From assembly GCA_002633005.1 (NCBI GenBank), contig NMRA01000046.1, forward strand, positions 1,075,452 through 1,139,451: 64,000 nucleotides of DNA, in the 5' to 3' direction. Of the stretch, positions 29,301-38,535 are shown piece by piece (positions within the stretch are counted from its first letter, which is position 1; each line of letters starts with the position of its first letter). The position numbers and the translations under genes were made by a program. Source of the stretch: Phoronis australis. Its lineage: Eukaryota > Animalia > Phoronida. Under the pieces are notes generated by a model. It was not told where the DNA came from, ran no database searches, and saw nothing but the letters and a program-made list of their open reading frames with translations.

Positions 29301-32300
29301 GTGAGAGAGCTACATACGGCATCATAATAAGAGGCCAAAGGACAGAACAGTGAGAGAGAGCTACATACGACATCATATTAACAGGCCATCTAACAAGGCC
29401 AGAACAGTGAGAAAGAGAGAGCTATGTGTGATGCCTCATAATGTTTTTAAGGATGATGTTGGACACATTAAAACTTGCCAAGACTTAAACATCTCGTTAT
29501 TTTTCTAAACATTATAAGTTATTTGTCTTAAATAGGACCAACTGTTTAAAAGCGTGTCAACCATTTTAGCAAAACTTAGTTGAGGCTGGCAGAAATATCC
29601 TTGGCTGAGTTTTATGTATTTCAATTTGAATGGTCAAAACCACGACAATTCAATATAGACTTTTGCCATTGTCTGTAAAAGCAGATGGGAATAGTAATAT
29701 TGGAAAATGTCTCTTGTTTTAAAAATGTATTTCACATTAAGGGTATTTATTCTAATTTATTATAGAATTGTCTGTCTCAAAATCTTTGCTAAGGACAACC
29801 CTAAATCGGAATTCAACATGCCTACGTGTATTGTGGAGCTCACTTTTCTACAAACCCTTTGCTGGCATGTATTCAGTTTATCACAATTTTGTAGTTTGGT
29901 GGAACTTTGAATGACTAACATCAGTTGTATCTTGAATGTCTAACAACAGTTGCGTTGTAATCTTTGTTGCTTCCAGCTTCGTTTATTTGCTCTTATGGTT
30001 TCTTGAGGGAAACGAAAAGTGTTAAGTATTCAAAAAATCTTGTGCCAAACAAAATTGGTGTGTCAAAGTATCCCATTTTCATACAGATTGCTTCTGTGTG
30101 ACAGGCTGCACTAAAATTGCATGACGATGAAATAGCATGTTAGCACAATGGTTCAGATATCCAGTGTGTATATCTGAGAAGACATATACCTGAGCAGTTG
30201 TGTTAGGCGAGTCTCAGTACTGCTTCTGTTTCCCTCGTGAAACAGTTCAGCATATCCAGCAGTTACTTGTTGTGTTGATTACGTGCTGTTGTTCTGCTCA
30301 TTTTCAGATTGGTTGTTCATCGTTGGAACCATGTCAAGTTGTTTAACTGGATTGGGTTTGCTGAATTTTTACTTCCAGTCAATGTTCTTGATATTGTCTA
30401 CACTCAAACTTTATGCTGGTAATTTTTAAATTTTAAATTGGAAATGCTTTTGTGCACTGTTTTTATGCAAAGGGCAATATCTTGTCCATAATTAGTTAGA
30501 TTTTTTTACTCTCATTTGAGTTACATAATATGTTAGGTCAACACGCACATTGTTTGCTGTGCCTCACTGTATTTAATTTTGTCTAAGTCAGAGGCCACTG
30601 TAGGCCATTCCTTTCTGCATTTGCTGAGTTATTATTGTTTAGTGAGGACATGTGCTGCAAAACATCCATGATCATCAGATTGGGAATTAAAGTCGAAGGC
30701 AACCTTTTTTCATATCATTTTTAGCAACAATAAGGTTCGTTGATTATCCCAGACATATTTTTCACTTATTTACTGATTTTCGTAATTTAATTAATAACTC
30801 GTCGTCTACTCCGGAAGTAACGTTTTGGGAGGCAAGAATTGCGTGCCAATTTCTTTTCATATAGTCTGACTGTGAGAGCAGTCGAGTCACTCATTGTTCT
30901 ACCTCGGTTGTGATAAGTTCAGTCGTCGTTTGCTTTTGCTTACGAGTCAGTCAACGTGCCACGCTGTTGCTGCATACTGGGGTGTACTCATTATCGTCTC
31001 GGGTACAGAGGAAGAGCTGTCCCACTTGCCCGAGTGTCCCGCGACACACTCCCACTGGAGGGTGATCTGAGCACCAAACTGCTTACATCCCGCCATATGA
31101 CTTCCTCGCCACACACCTGGCACCTTCCAAATAGCTCCAATACAAGTCCACAATAAACTTATCAAACTTAGGCTCACCGATCTGTTCATTGGATGACTAA
31201 CTGCCCTCTCTGGGTGTCGAACTGGGCCTGTATTCACTCCCACTACTCAACATCGCTGCAGGGCTGCTTACAGGCTCTGGGCTAGAGACAACAGCACAGG
31301 GCGAATCACTGCTAGTTCCCGGAATTGCAGGCAATGGGGTACGTTCGGAGGCACGGGTGACAGTAGATGAAGTGCCTCCAGTCACTGTATATAGTGGCCA
31401 CAGCTCGCGAGGCTTCTCGCTTCAAAAACGCACTTCTCGGGGTTGGCGACGGGGCACTGCCGGGAATCAACAGCGACGTCATGGTACCCTTCTTCAGGCG
31501 TTGTTTCGCAGGGAGCTTCATCAATTCAGCATACATATCTGTCATAACCTGACGGCAGAAAATGCTTGCCACATACTCGGTAACCCTCCATTGCTTTGTA
31601 CGTTGTGTGGACGGCTAGCGCTGCGTTCTTCACATGAACCAGCTAGCCAAGTACGGCGAAGTGTGTCATCCTTCCGAATGCGACGCAAGATACCCAAAGC
31701 GCGTGTGAGATGATAATGAGTACATCCCGGCACACAGCAACAGCGTGGCATGTTGACTGACTTGTAAACAAAAGCAAACGACGACCGAACTTATTACAAA
31801 CGAGGTAGAACAATGACTGACTCGACAGCTCTCACAGTCGGCCTATGATGAAAAGAAATTGACGCGAAACTCTTGCCTCCCAAAACGTCACTTCCGGAGT
31901 AGATGATGAAAAATTAATCAAATTACGAAAAGCTGTAATTAAGTGAAAAATATGTCTGGGATAATCAACGAACCGTATTTTTGCTAAAAGTGGCATGAAA
32001 AAAGGTTGCCTTAGCCTTTAATCAATAAGTGTATGTTGTTTTGTGTTATGGCAGGATAAGTAATGTTGCAACTTTAGAGTTGTAAATAAATTGCTTGCAC
32101 TCTATCATTTTTGAAAATATAGCTCTCAGATATTTGAATAAGTGAATTTAAAGACTCACCAAAAGTGCAACTTCTTTTTAAACACACCCCTTTGCTTGCC
32201 TCCTGATTTTACAAACATAATTCAGGTATAAGATGTATTTTTATGCTTATGCACTGGTTGATGATGTTACAATCATCTGTTTCACTGTGTATATGACATG

Positions 32301-35300
32301 AGTGGTTTTTTACTTCTTATAATATGAATGCTTCATATTTATAAATAGTTTTTTTTATATTGCAAGTCTTTATCATTTCAGGGTGGGTGCCTTTTACAGT
32401 CCTCTAATTCCCGTAATTACTCTGCTGAAGGTGTTCCTGATATTTTATTTAAAAAAGGTTTGTTTAGCCGCACATATCACCTATATGTGTAGCTGCTCGT
32501 ATATTTGGAATTAGGCACATACATACATATGTTATAGTTGAGTAACACCGAGAAGCAAGTCTCTGAAATATTGTGTGATTGAAGCTTCATATATCCATTA
32601 TTAATTCGTAAAAAGTGACATGCATTAAATTTAACACAACTGTTTTGATGAAAAGTATTTAGAAATAACTGTGAATATTCGAAACATTCACCTTTTTGCT
32701 TAGCACTTGAGTATAAATATTTTTCTTTGAAATGTGCTCAATTTCAGATATAAGTGCATGAGTCTAAATGTGTGCAAATACGATAATTTAGAAGGTAATG
32801 TTTTACTGGTCATTGAGTTCCAAGTATGGCTCCAGGCATACGTCAGAGTAGTCTGGTGCCCACCTCCACTAGCACCTGCTTGGCGACCTCGTCGGGTTTA
32901 CTAAAAATCTTTGAAAGTCATGTGACATTGAAAAATTGTAATTTATGAGGTCAGAAGTTGAAAAGTTAAGCCCTGATTTTTAATAGAGTGCAATAACTTT
33001 TTTCATGGTATGCTGCCTTGTCATATTCTTGGGAAACGTTATTCATAATGTAGTAGTTCTGTTTATTTTGTAAACAGTAAATATAGCTGAACTAAGAGTG
33101 TAAAAGATATCCTGCTTACAAAACAGTGAACCTTGAACATATCAAGCACCTAATCAGAGTTGTGTCTGTTTTAGTGGTCTCTGTTGATCAATCAGAAACC
33201 ATCCAAGCGCCCCTACCGAGCCTCCAGCAGTTATCTCTTCTTCACGGTGATTCTTATACTGGCATTTGCTGGCAGTGCCCTCCCTGTTGGTTGGGCTGTT
33301 GGTAGAATAAAGCCATCTCAGTCGTGTGGACCATTCCGAATCTACAGCGAGGACAACTTCTTCATGTTTCTCACCTTGACTAACACAGTCTTGTCTTGGC
33401 CTGATGTACCTCAGGCAATCTTTACTACAATTGGCTCAGCTGCTGTCTATATACCATTGACCGTCATTCTGCTGTAAGTAGTCTATTAGTGTTTTTGCTG
33501 AAAAGAAATGTTAGCAAGTTTGTGAAATGTTTAAAATTTCAGTACACCTAGTTTTATAATTTCACAGGCCTTTCTTCAGGGTGTCCCAAAAATGTTGTCC
33601 CATTTCCAGTGAGGATAACTGTGTTGTTTATGCACTTAATATGGCAACAACATTACTGGTGTTGTTCCATAAAGAGATAGTCAAACACGATTTGAGACTT
33701 TAAACCAAAATGCACCTATTATCTATTAACTTGTGAAGAATTTGCATTGCTTTGAAATAATTAACAAGTTTCCTGTATCATTGCATGGTATGAGTTGTTT
33801 GTTTGCAATTTTCATGCATACAGAGCAGTGTTGTCATCTTCAGTTTGCTCCCGTTCGAATTTGTTTCAAATGACCTTGAAAATTCTAGCTGTAGGTCAGA
33901 GAGAATGTAGACGTAGCCTTAGATCACATGTTCAGAGAAAAGTTGATGTAGGCTTAGATCTCAGGTTCACACCCTTTTTATGTGCCCTCAAAAAATCTGT
34001 GGTGGCATGTTGTCAGCGTGCCGTCTGGTGTCTGTCATTACCTTTGCATGTCCGTGGAGTTTTTCAAAAACTGCTTGATGGATCATCATGAAATTTGGCA
34101 CTAAGTTATATAACAGGGTTTGCCAACACCAGTCAGGTGTTTGATGGATTTGATCACCATGGCTCACCCTGTTGACATTTTTGTATTTTGGCAAGAAATT
34201 TTCCTTATCCGTCAATTTTTCGGGGAACCACATGATGAATTTTGCCGGAACTTGTTGTAGAGGTAAATCATGGCATAACATAGAGATATACAGCATGGAT
34301 CGGGTGTTGACAGCAGTCGATTTTCACACAGATTTTACTGCAATAGCACCTTTGTTGGCTAGTTTAGTATTTGGCTGGATTTTTCTTGTTCTTTGATTAT
34401 TGTCAAAGTGGCTTGCCAGGTTTCAAGTTTATTTTCGAGGGGGGAATTGGACTACTATAGCCTCCCTGTTTAGATTTTGACAAGATAATGCTTGTCCTTT
34501 GATTATTGTCAAGTCTGTCTCACAGGTTTTGATGAAACTTGACAAGAATTTATTACTGGGACATTTTAGCAGCAGTAGATTATCGGACAAATCGGCCCAC
34601 TGCAGTGCCTCTGTAGCTTCACGGTAGCTCCACTGTAGCTCCACTGTAGCTCCACTGTAGCTCCTCTGTAGCTCCTCTGTAGCTCCTCTGTAGCTCCTCT
34701 GTAGCTCCTCTCTAATTCCTGTTTAACTCTACTGTAGCTCCTCTGTAGATCCACTGTAGCTCCTCTGTAGCTCCACTGTAGCTCCACTGTAGCTCCTCTG
34801 TAGCTCCTCTGTAGCTCCTCTGTAGCTCCTCTGTAGCTCCTCTGTAGCTCCTGTGTAGCTCCTGTGTAGCTCCACTGTAGCTCCTCTGTGGCTCCTCTGT
34901 GGCTCCTCTGTGGCTCCTGTGTAGCTCCTCTGTAGCTCCACTGTAGCTCCTCTGTAGCTCCACTGTAGCTCTGCTGTAGCTCCACTGTAGCTCCTCTGTA
35001 ACTCCTCTGTATCTCCTCTCTAACTCCTCTCTAACTCCTCTGTATCTCCTCTCTAACTCCACTGTAGCTCCTCTGTATCTCCTCTGTATCTCCTCTGTAG
35101 CTCCTCTGTAGCTCCTCTGTTCCTCTGTACCCCATTTTAAATGTTGAAAAGCTATTGATTGTCATTTGTAATTGTCAAAATGAATTGATATTTTTATGGA
35201 CCTTGACATAGTTGTGTTGTACATTTCCAGTTACGGGCAAATTAGTCTATTACCTAATAATAAATTATGTACACTGCTAGAAGCATACTGTTTGTGGTGC

Positions 35301-36650
35301 AGTACACATTTTAACGCCTTGCATAGCTTTGTGAGTAATACTTACTGAATTTTTAAAATATTTGCCTTACATGTGCTGCATTCAGACATGGTCTAAAAGC
35401 AAAAAAAATGAAATTTGAGGAGAAGCTCTTGCAAACAGAACTACAGTAAAAGTTCTGTTCAGACAATATGGCAGACAGTTGAAACTTTTATTTGTCAACA
35501 TTGATAAGCTCTAAGAAAGTTTGATGCTGTTGTTAGCACAGTTTGTGTAGATTTGTTGAGTTTGAGCTGTCATATGTGCAACATATTGAGTCTTTAAAAA
35601 GACTAAGCTATGCAACATTTTGAGACAGTTATCACTACTACTCTTTACGAAAAGTAGGTACAAGAGACAGTCTGAACATTAACTATTTTTGTTTACCATT
35701 TATCTCCATCCAAGAATAATGCCCTATGCACTGGTTACATAATGCCATATGCAGTGGTTACATAATGCTATATTTACAGGTTACATAATGCCACATGCAC
35801 TGGTTACATAATGCTATTTGCAGTGATTACATAATGTTATATGCTGTGGTTACATATTGCTTTATGCACTGGTTACATAATGCTATATTTACTGGTTACA
35901 TAATGTCATATGCACTGGTTACATAATGCTATATTTACTGGTTACCTAATGCCATATGCACTGGTTACATAATGCCATATTTATTGGTTACATGATGCCA
36001 TATGCACTGGTTACATAATGCCATATGCAGTGGTTACATATTGTCATATTTACTGGTTACTTAATGTCATAAGCACTGGTTACATAATGCCATATGCACT
36101 GGTTACATAATGCCATATGCAGTGGTTACATAATGCTATATTTACTGGTTACATAATGTCATAGGCAGTGGTTACATAATGCCATATTTACTGGTTACAT
36201 AATGCCATATGCACTGGTTACATAATGCCATGTGCAGTGGTTACATAATGCTATATTTACTAGTTACATAATGCCATATGCACTGGTTACATAATGCCAT
36301 ATGCACTGGTTACATAATGCTATATACCGTGGTTACATAACATTAGCTCCATTGATAACTTTATCTGTATTTAAATGATCAATTCCAACCAAAAATATGA
36401 CGATATTGTGCAAGCTTTAAATGGCATCTGCAACAGATTATCATGCTCCGCATCGTTGATGGGAATGTTATAGTAACAGCCTGATTCTTTTATTTGTTAC
36501 AGGTTGTTAATCTTTTATTACTCAGCAGTGGCATCGGGTCATAAGAAGATGATCAAGTTGTTAGAATCACAACTTGGATTGGAGGGCAAAGACAAACAGT
36601 TCTTGTTATCCAGAGTGAACCATGCGCTGAAGAAGAAAGGGCGAGTGTAG
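7656..36650 (+). CDS. TMC7: Transmembrane channel-like protein, TMC7-like (TMC4/7-type). Spliced CDS join(7656-8371,9368-9440,10304-10385,11201-11368,15121-15317,15803-15960,16440-16587,16897-17058,19977-20137,20780-20909,27257-27351,30308-30418,32382-32457,33175-33473,36503-36650), 907 aa
   Basis: All introns are GT-AG and phases are consistent (2724 nt, no internal stop). TMC hallmarks: [105 protein letters not shown]. The subfamily call rests on recalled similarity to vertebrate TMC7. Confidence 0.9.
8772..9002. mobile_element. MITE, PIF/Harbinger-like
   Basis: Imperfect TIRs GGGCCCATTCCAAGAAA / TTTGTTGGATTGGGCCC with a 3-bp TSD (AAG). Confidence 0.65.
9368..9440 (+). CDS. TMC exon (SNLMKAQVTGGGDELDALKYKSTK)
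   Basis: aatag| acceptor and |gtgagg donor; phase 2 to 0. Confidence 0.8.
10304..10385 (+). CDS. TMC exon ([28 protein letters not shown])
   Basis: ttgtag| and |gtaagc; conserved W..S.K.IEG motif. Confidence 0.92.
11201..11368 (+). CDS. TMC exon (HFGTGVLQFFRFVK..., first TM)
   Basis: ttgcag| and |gtatct; GHFGTGV motif. Confidence 0.92.
11911..13592 (+). repeat. ~635-bp direct duplication (11911-12545 vs 12951-13592) around an N gap
   Basis: Highly similar copies with scattered SNPs and indels. Confidence 0.9.
12546..12946. mobile_element. End of a TTAA-inserted (Kolobok-like) element, truncated at an assembly gap
   Basis: TTAA|GGTAGG... start; the empty TTAA site is seen at 13589-13592 in the duplicated flank; N at 12947. 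Confidence 0.55.
14723..14958. repeat. 28-bp minisatellite, about 8 copies
   Basis: Unit tactgctgtttactgccccatacaacaa. Confidence 0.95.
15121..15317 (+). CDS. TMC exon (extracellular loop to DFLQGT)
   Basis: tttttcag| and |gtaagt; several N-x-S/T sequons. Confidence 0.9.
15803..15960 (+). CDS. TMC exon ([13 protein letters not shown]...FNMPLAF)
   Basis: ctgtag| and |gtaaca; conserved TMC motif. Confidence 0.93.
16440..16587 (+). CDS. TMC exon (MAKGL...NKVFCGWDY...IELE)
   Basis: atatcag| and |gtaaaa; F.GWD motif. Confidence 0.93.
16897..17058 (+). CDS. TMC exon (SDLAEEKRKEE...RIAINLLVMAVL)
   Basis: tttcag| and |gttagt. Confidence 0.92.
17085..17212. repeat. 30-bp minisatellite, about 4 copies
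   Basis: Unit ~tcacatttacaatgagcacgtctaccttct. Confidence 0.9.
17725..19030 (+). mobile_element. Helentron/DINE-like non-autonomous element remnants, interrupted by other sequence
   Basis: (GTCY)n-like tract, TGAAATTT-type motifs and recurring ~150-bp core with gcctcctagtggc at ~17865, 18650, 18803 and 18952. Similar pieces at ~26270-26560 and ~33975-34350. Confidence 0.4.
19666..19779. repeat. 19-bp minisatellite, 6 copies
   Basis: Unit catgcacgtattgaggtct. Confidence 0.95.
19977..20137 (+). CDS. TMC exon (LLKD...FLPSLTIT...EQYSPEFEIEISLFR)
   Basis: tttcag| and |gtagga; E.YSP..E motif. Confidence 0.92.
20780..20909 (+). CDS. TMC exon (IVFVRLASLAVL...Cys loop)
   Basis: ttccag| and |gtgagt; R.VF.RLASL motif. 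Confidence 0.92.
21000..22590. mobile_element. Unclassified CpG-rich insertion, probably a non-autonomous DNA transposon; ends not resolved
   Basis: CpG-rich island in a CpG-poor intron, no ORF. Confidence 0.35.
22893..25297 (+). mobile_element. Non-autonomous 2.4-kb Tc1/mariner(pogo)-type DNA transposon
   Basis: TA|CCGTAATCGTTCGG ... CCGAACGATTACGG|TA; subterminal GGGCGGTTAA/GGGCGCTTAA repeats at both ends; no transposase ORF; CpG-rich. Confidence 0.88.
25301..25392. repeat. 25-bp minisatellite containing an N gap
   Basis: Unit gttatgttgggggacatctcccata; N at 25383. Confidence 0.85.
27108..27273 (+). repeat. 33-bp minisatellite, 5 copies, spanning an intron/exon junction
   Basis: Unit (a/t)attttgaatgtttcag|tgctgggagacctaca. 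Confidence 0.97.
27257..27351 (+). CDS. TMC signature exon ([18 protein letters not shown]...)
   Basis: Begins at the fifth of five tandem acceptors; donor |gtaagt; carries the CWET signature. Confidence 0.93.
27688..27902. repeat. 30-bp minisatellite, 7 copies
   Basis: Unit gtcattcttaatggctattaatagggcaaa. Confidence 0.95.
28220..29511. mobile_element. TIR element (MITE-like) containing a diverged 53-64 bp satellite array (~28570-29425)
   Basis: ~55-bp imperfect TIRs (tgtttgaaaaataatgagatgtttaagtc...tgtgtccaacat and its reverse complement at 29456-29511). Confidence 0.7.
30308..30418 (+). CDS. TMC exon (...[20 protein letters not shown])
   Basis: ttttcag| and |gtaatt; pore-region motif. 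Confidence 0.93.
30691..32017. mobile_element. Kolobok-like non-autonomous element with ~310-bp inverted arms and THAP remnants
   Basis: TTAA|AG...CT|TTAA; both arms encode MPRCCC..GC; the minus strand also has KDDTLRRTW, RVCGKHF, RLKKG and RSAFLKRE in shifted frames. Confidence 0.8.
32382..32457 (+). CDS. TMC exon ([25 protein letters not shown])
   Basis: atttcag| and |gtttgt. Confidence 0.93.
33175..33473 (+). CDS. TMC exon (WSLLINQKPSKRPYRAS...CGPF...)
   Basis: ttttag| and |gtaagt; RAS and CGPF motifs. Confidence 0.93.
34612..35128. repeat. 11-bp minisatellite
   Basis: Unit ctgtagctcc(t/a), about 45 copies. Confidence 0.95.
35716..36340. repeat. 23-bp minisatellite, about 27 copies
   Basis: Unit cataatgccatatgcactggtta. 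Confidence 0.95.
36503..36650 (+). CDS. TMC last coding exon (LLIFYY...[23 protein letters not shown])
   Basis: ttacag| acceptor; TAG at 36648-36650. Confidence 0.92.
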
Positions 36651-36814
36651 CTCTGGAACAGGTCTGGTACATGTAGCTTTATAATTGCTTGGTCACCGTA
36701 TTGTGTGACATGGACGACCACTTAACTCTAGGAATGGTGAGCATCTAATGAATTAACATTGATCAGTTTTTGTTGTAGTTTATAGGTCTTAAACCAAGCA
36801 GTATTGTATGAGCA

Positions 36815-36952
36815 CAGGCAGCGTACCATTGGGGGCTGGGGGGTAGTCCCCCACTGTTTTCAGTGCTGCACCGCCCATTGTCTATAGGCGATGCACCACA
36901 GGGGGGCTGGGGGGGATAAAGCCCCTCACTTACCATTGCTGGGCCGCCCATG
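36815..36952. mobile_element. GC-rich MITE (hAT-like) in the TMC 3' UTR
   Basis: Flanked by the direct repeat ATGAGCA; CA..TG termini; an empty site is visible in the paralogous copy at ~37050-37160. Confidence 0.65.
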
Positions 36953-37428
36953 ATGAGCAGCCTGTTGCTAGTGTATTGTCTTAAGTTACATTTGCCCAGA
37001 GTAATATTGGAGGCTCTGCTGAAAGCAGTGAACGTTGATTAGCTTTTCTTGTAGTTTGCAGTTCTTGAAACCAAGCAACATTGTATGAACACCTTGTTAG
37101 TTGTGCAAATTCTTGCAAGTTACATTTGCAGAGAGTAATACTTGGGTTCTGCTGAAAGGGTAGTTAATAATACCTGAAGTGTAGTATTGAGATGAAGAAA
37201 CTTTATTTTCTGTTTTGACCATTGTTATTTGTCGATTGCTGGTCTCAAATGTTTGTATTTAACATATGGTTGAATTATTTAAATGTTTATTGAATGTTTC
37301 ATATCACAAGCCACTAACAACATGTTTGTAACGGGTTATACTTCCTTTGAATGTTCTTTGTGACTTTAAAAATGGTTGTGACAGATTTTGTAATCATTCT
37401 ACTAAATGTAAAATTACAAAGAAAGATG

Positions 37429-37434
37429 AATAAA
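37429..37434 (+). promoter_or_regulatory. Probable polyadenylation signal of the TMC gene
   Basis: AATAAA about 780 nt after the stop, followed by T/GT-rich sequence. Confidence 0.55.
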
Positions 37435-38362
37435 CAACTTGTTTTCATACATTTCTGCTTTGCTATTGTTAATGACAATGTTCTATGTTACAAAGATAAA
37501 TACCTGTTTATAGGTAATTAAAAGTAACATTTCTTAGTCTATGGGAGTGATGTACTTGCATATGTAGTCTTTCAGATTCGAATTAGAAAAGGTTTTTGCA
37601 CCTAGACATGTTCATTTCAGGAATTATTGGTGGCGAGATGGCGTGGAAGGTGGTGGAACTGGTCGTGACCCAAACAATGATGAAATTGGTCAAAATGACA
37701 CATACTTTTACTTACTAGCTAACTAGAATTTATTCACCAGCAAACGTTATAACCCCATGAAAACCCTTCTTTGAAAAGCAGTGTTTTGTTTCGTGATATT
37801 GGTGGGAATATTTTGTTGTGGGTTGTGTTGCAACCTTTAAGCAGTGCTACCTGCGATAACACTATGGTCGAATGGAGTTGACTGAGGGCTTCAGCGTTAA
37901 GGGCTCTGGCATACTTGGGTATGTTAAGTTTTTCAGAGTTTCTACTAAAAATACAAGAAGACACCATGCGCGCAAAGTTTCGAAATGTGTCGATTACCTT
38001 GACTTATGTTTGTCGAACATATGGCATTTAGATAACGAATTATGCGTAATAAGATTTGCGAACGTGAATACAGTGCCTAACCTTTTTTGCTGGGAATAAT
38101 GCGTATGCTGAGCGGACACCGATTGTATTCCGGGTGCTCGGAACTGGTGACCGCACACCCGACGTTGGTGAGTATGCGGTGTCCATACGTGGTTCATAGT
38201 TCCTGCTGGGAGATCAGCGTTTTAGGAATTGTTTATCCCCCTCACCTCGTCATGCTTTCATCATGCGCTTTTGGAATAATTAAAGCACAGAGAAGCCAAT
38301 CAACAATATTGCTTTTTGCGAAACTGCAATGAAACGCGATATTTTATGAAAGAATTTGCGGC

Positions 38363-38535
38363 TGTCTCGAATGAGCGCCTGTTTCGAGTGAGCGCCTGTC
38401 TCGAGTGAGCGCCTGTCTCGAACGAGCGCCTGTCTCGAAAACCGCCTGTGTCTATGACTAGTCTCGAACAAGCTCCAGTCTCGAATAAACGTTGGGTTTC
38501 AAATAAACGCCGGGGGCGGTAATTCAAGACTAATA
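38363..38535. repeat. 17-bp gagcgcctgtctcga repeats, likely the subterminal array of a mariner/pogo-type end
   Basis: Tandem units ending in aataaacgccgggggcggtaattc. Confidence 0.55.

Noticed and set aside
34566-35062. Repetitive ORFs (ELQRSYRGATE...) on the minus strand
   Set aside because: Translation of an 11-bp intronic minisatellite that is open in all three frames; no splice or protein-family support.
36630-36650. C-terminal KKKGRV as an ER-retrieval or PDZ motif
   Set aside because: Lys spacing does not fit KKxx or KxKxx, and there is no S/T or hydrophobic residue at the PDZ -2 position.
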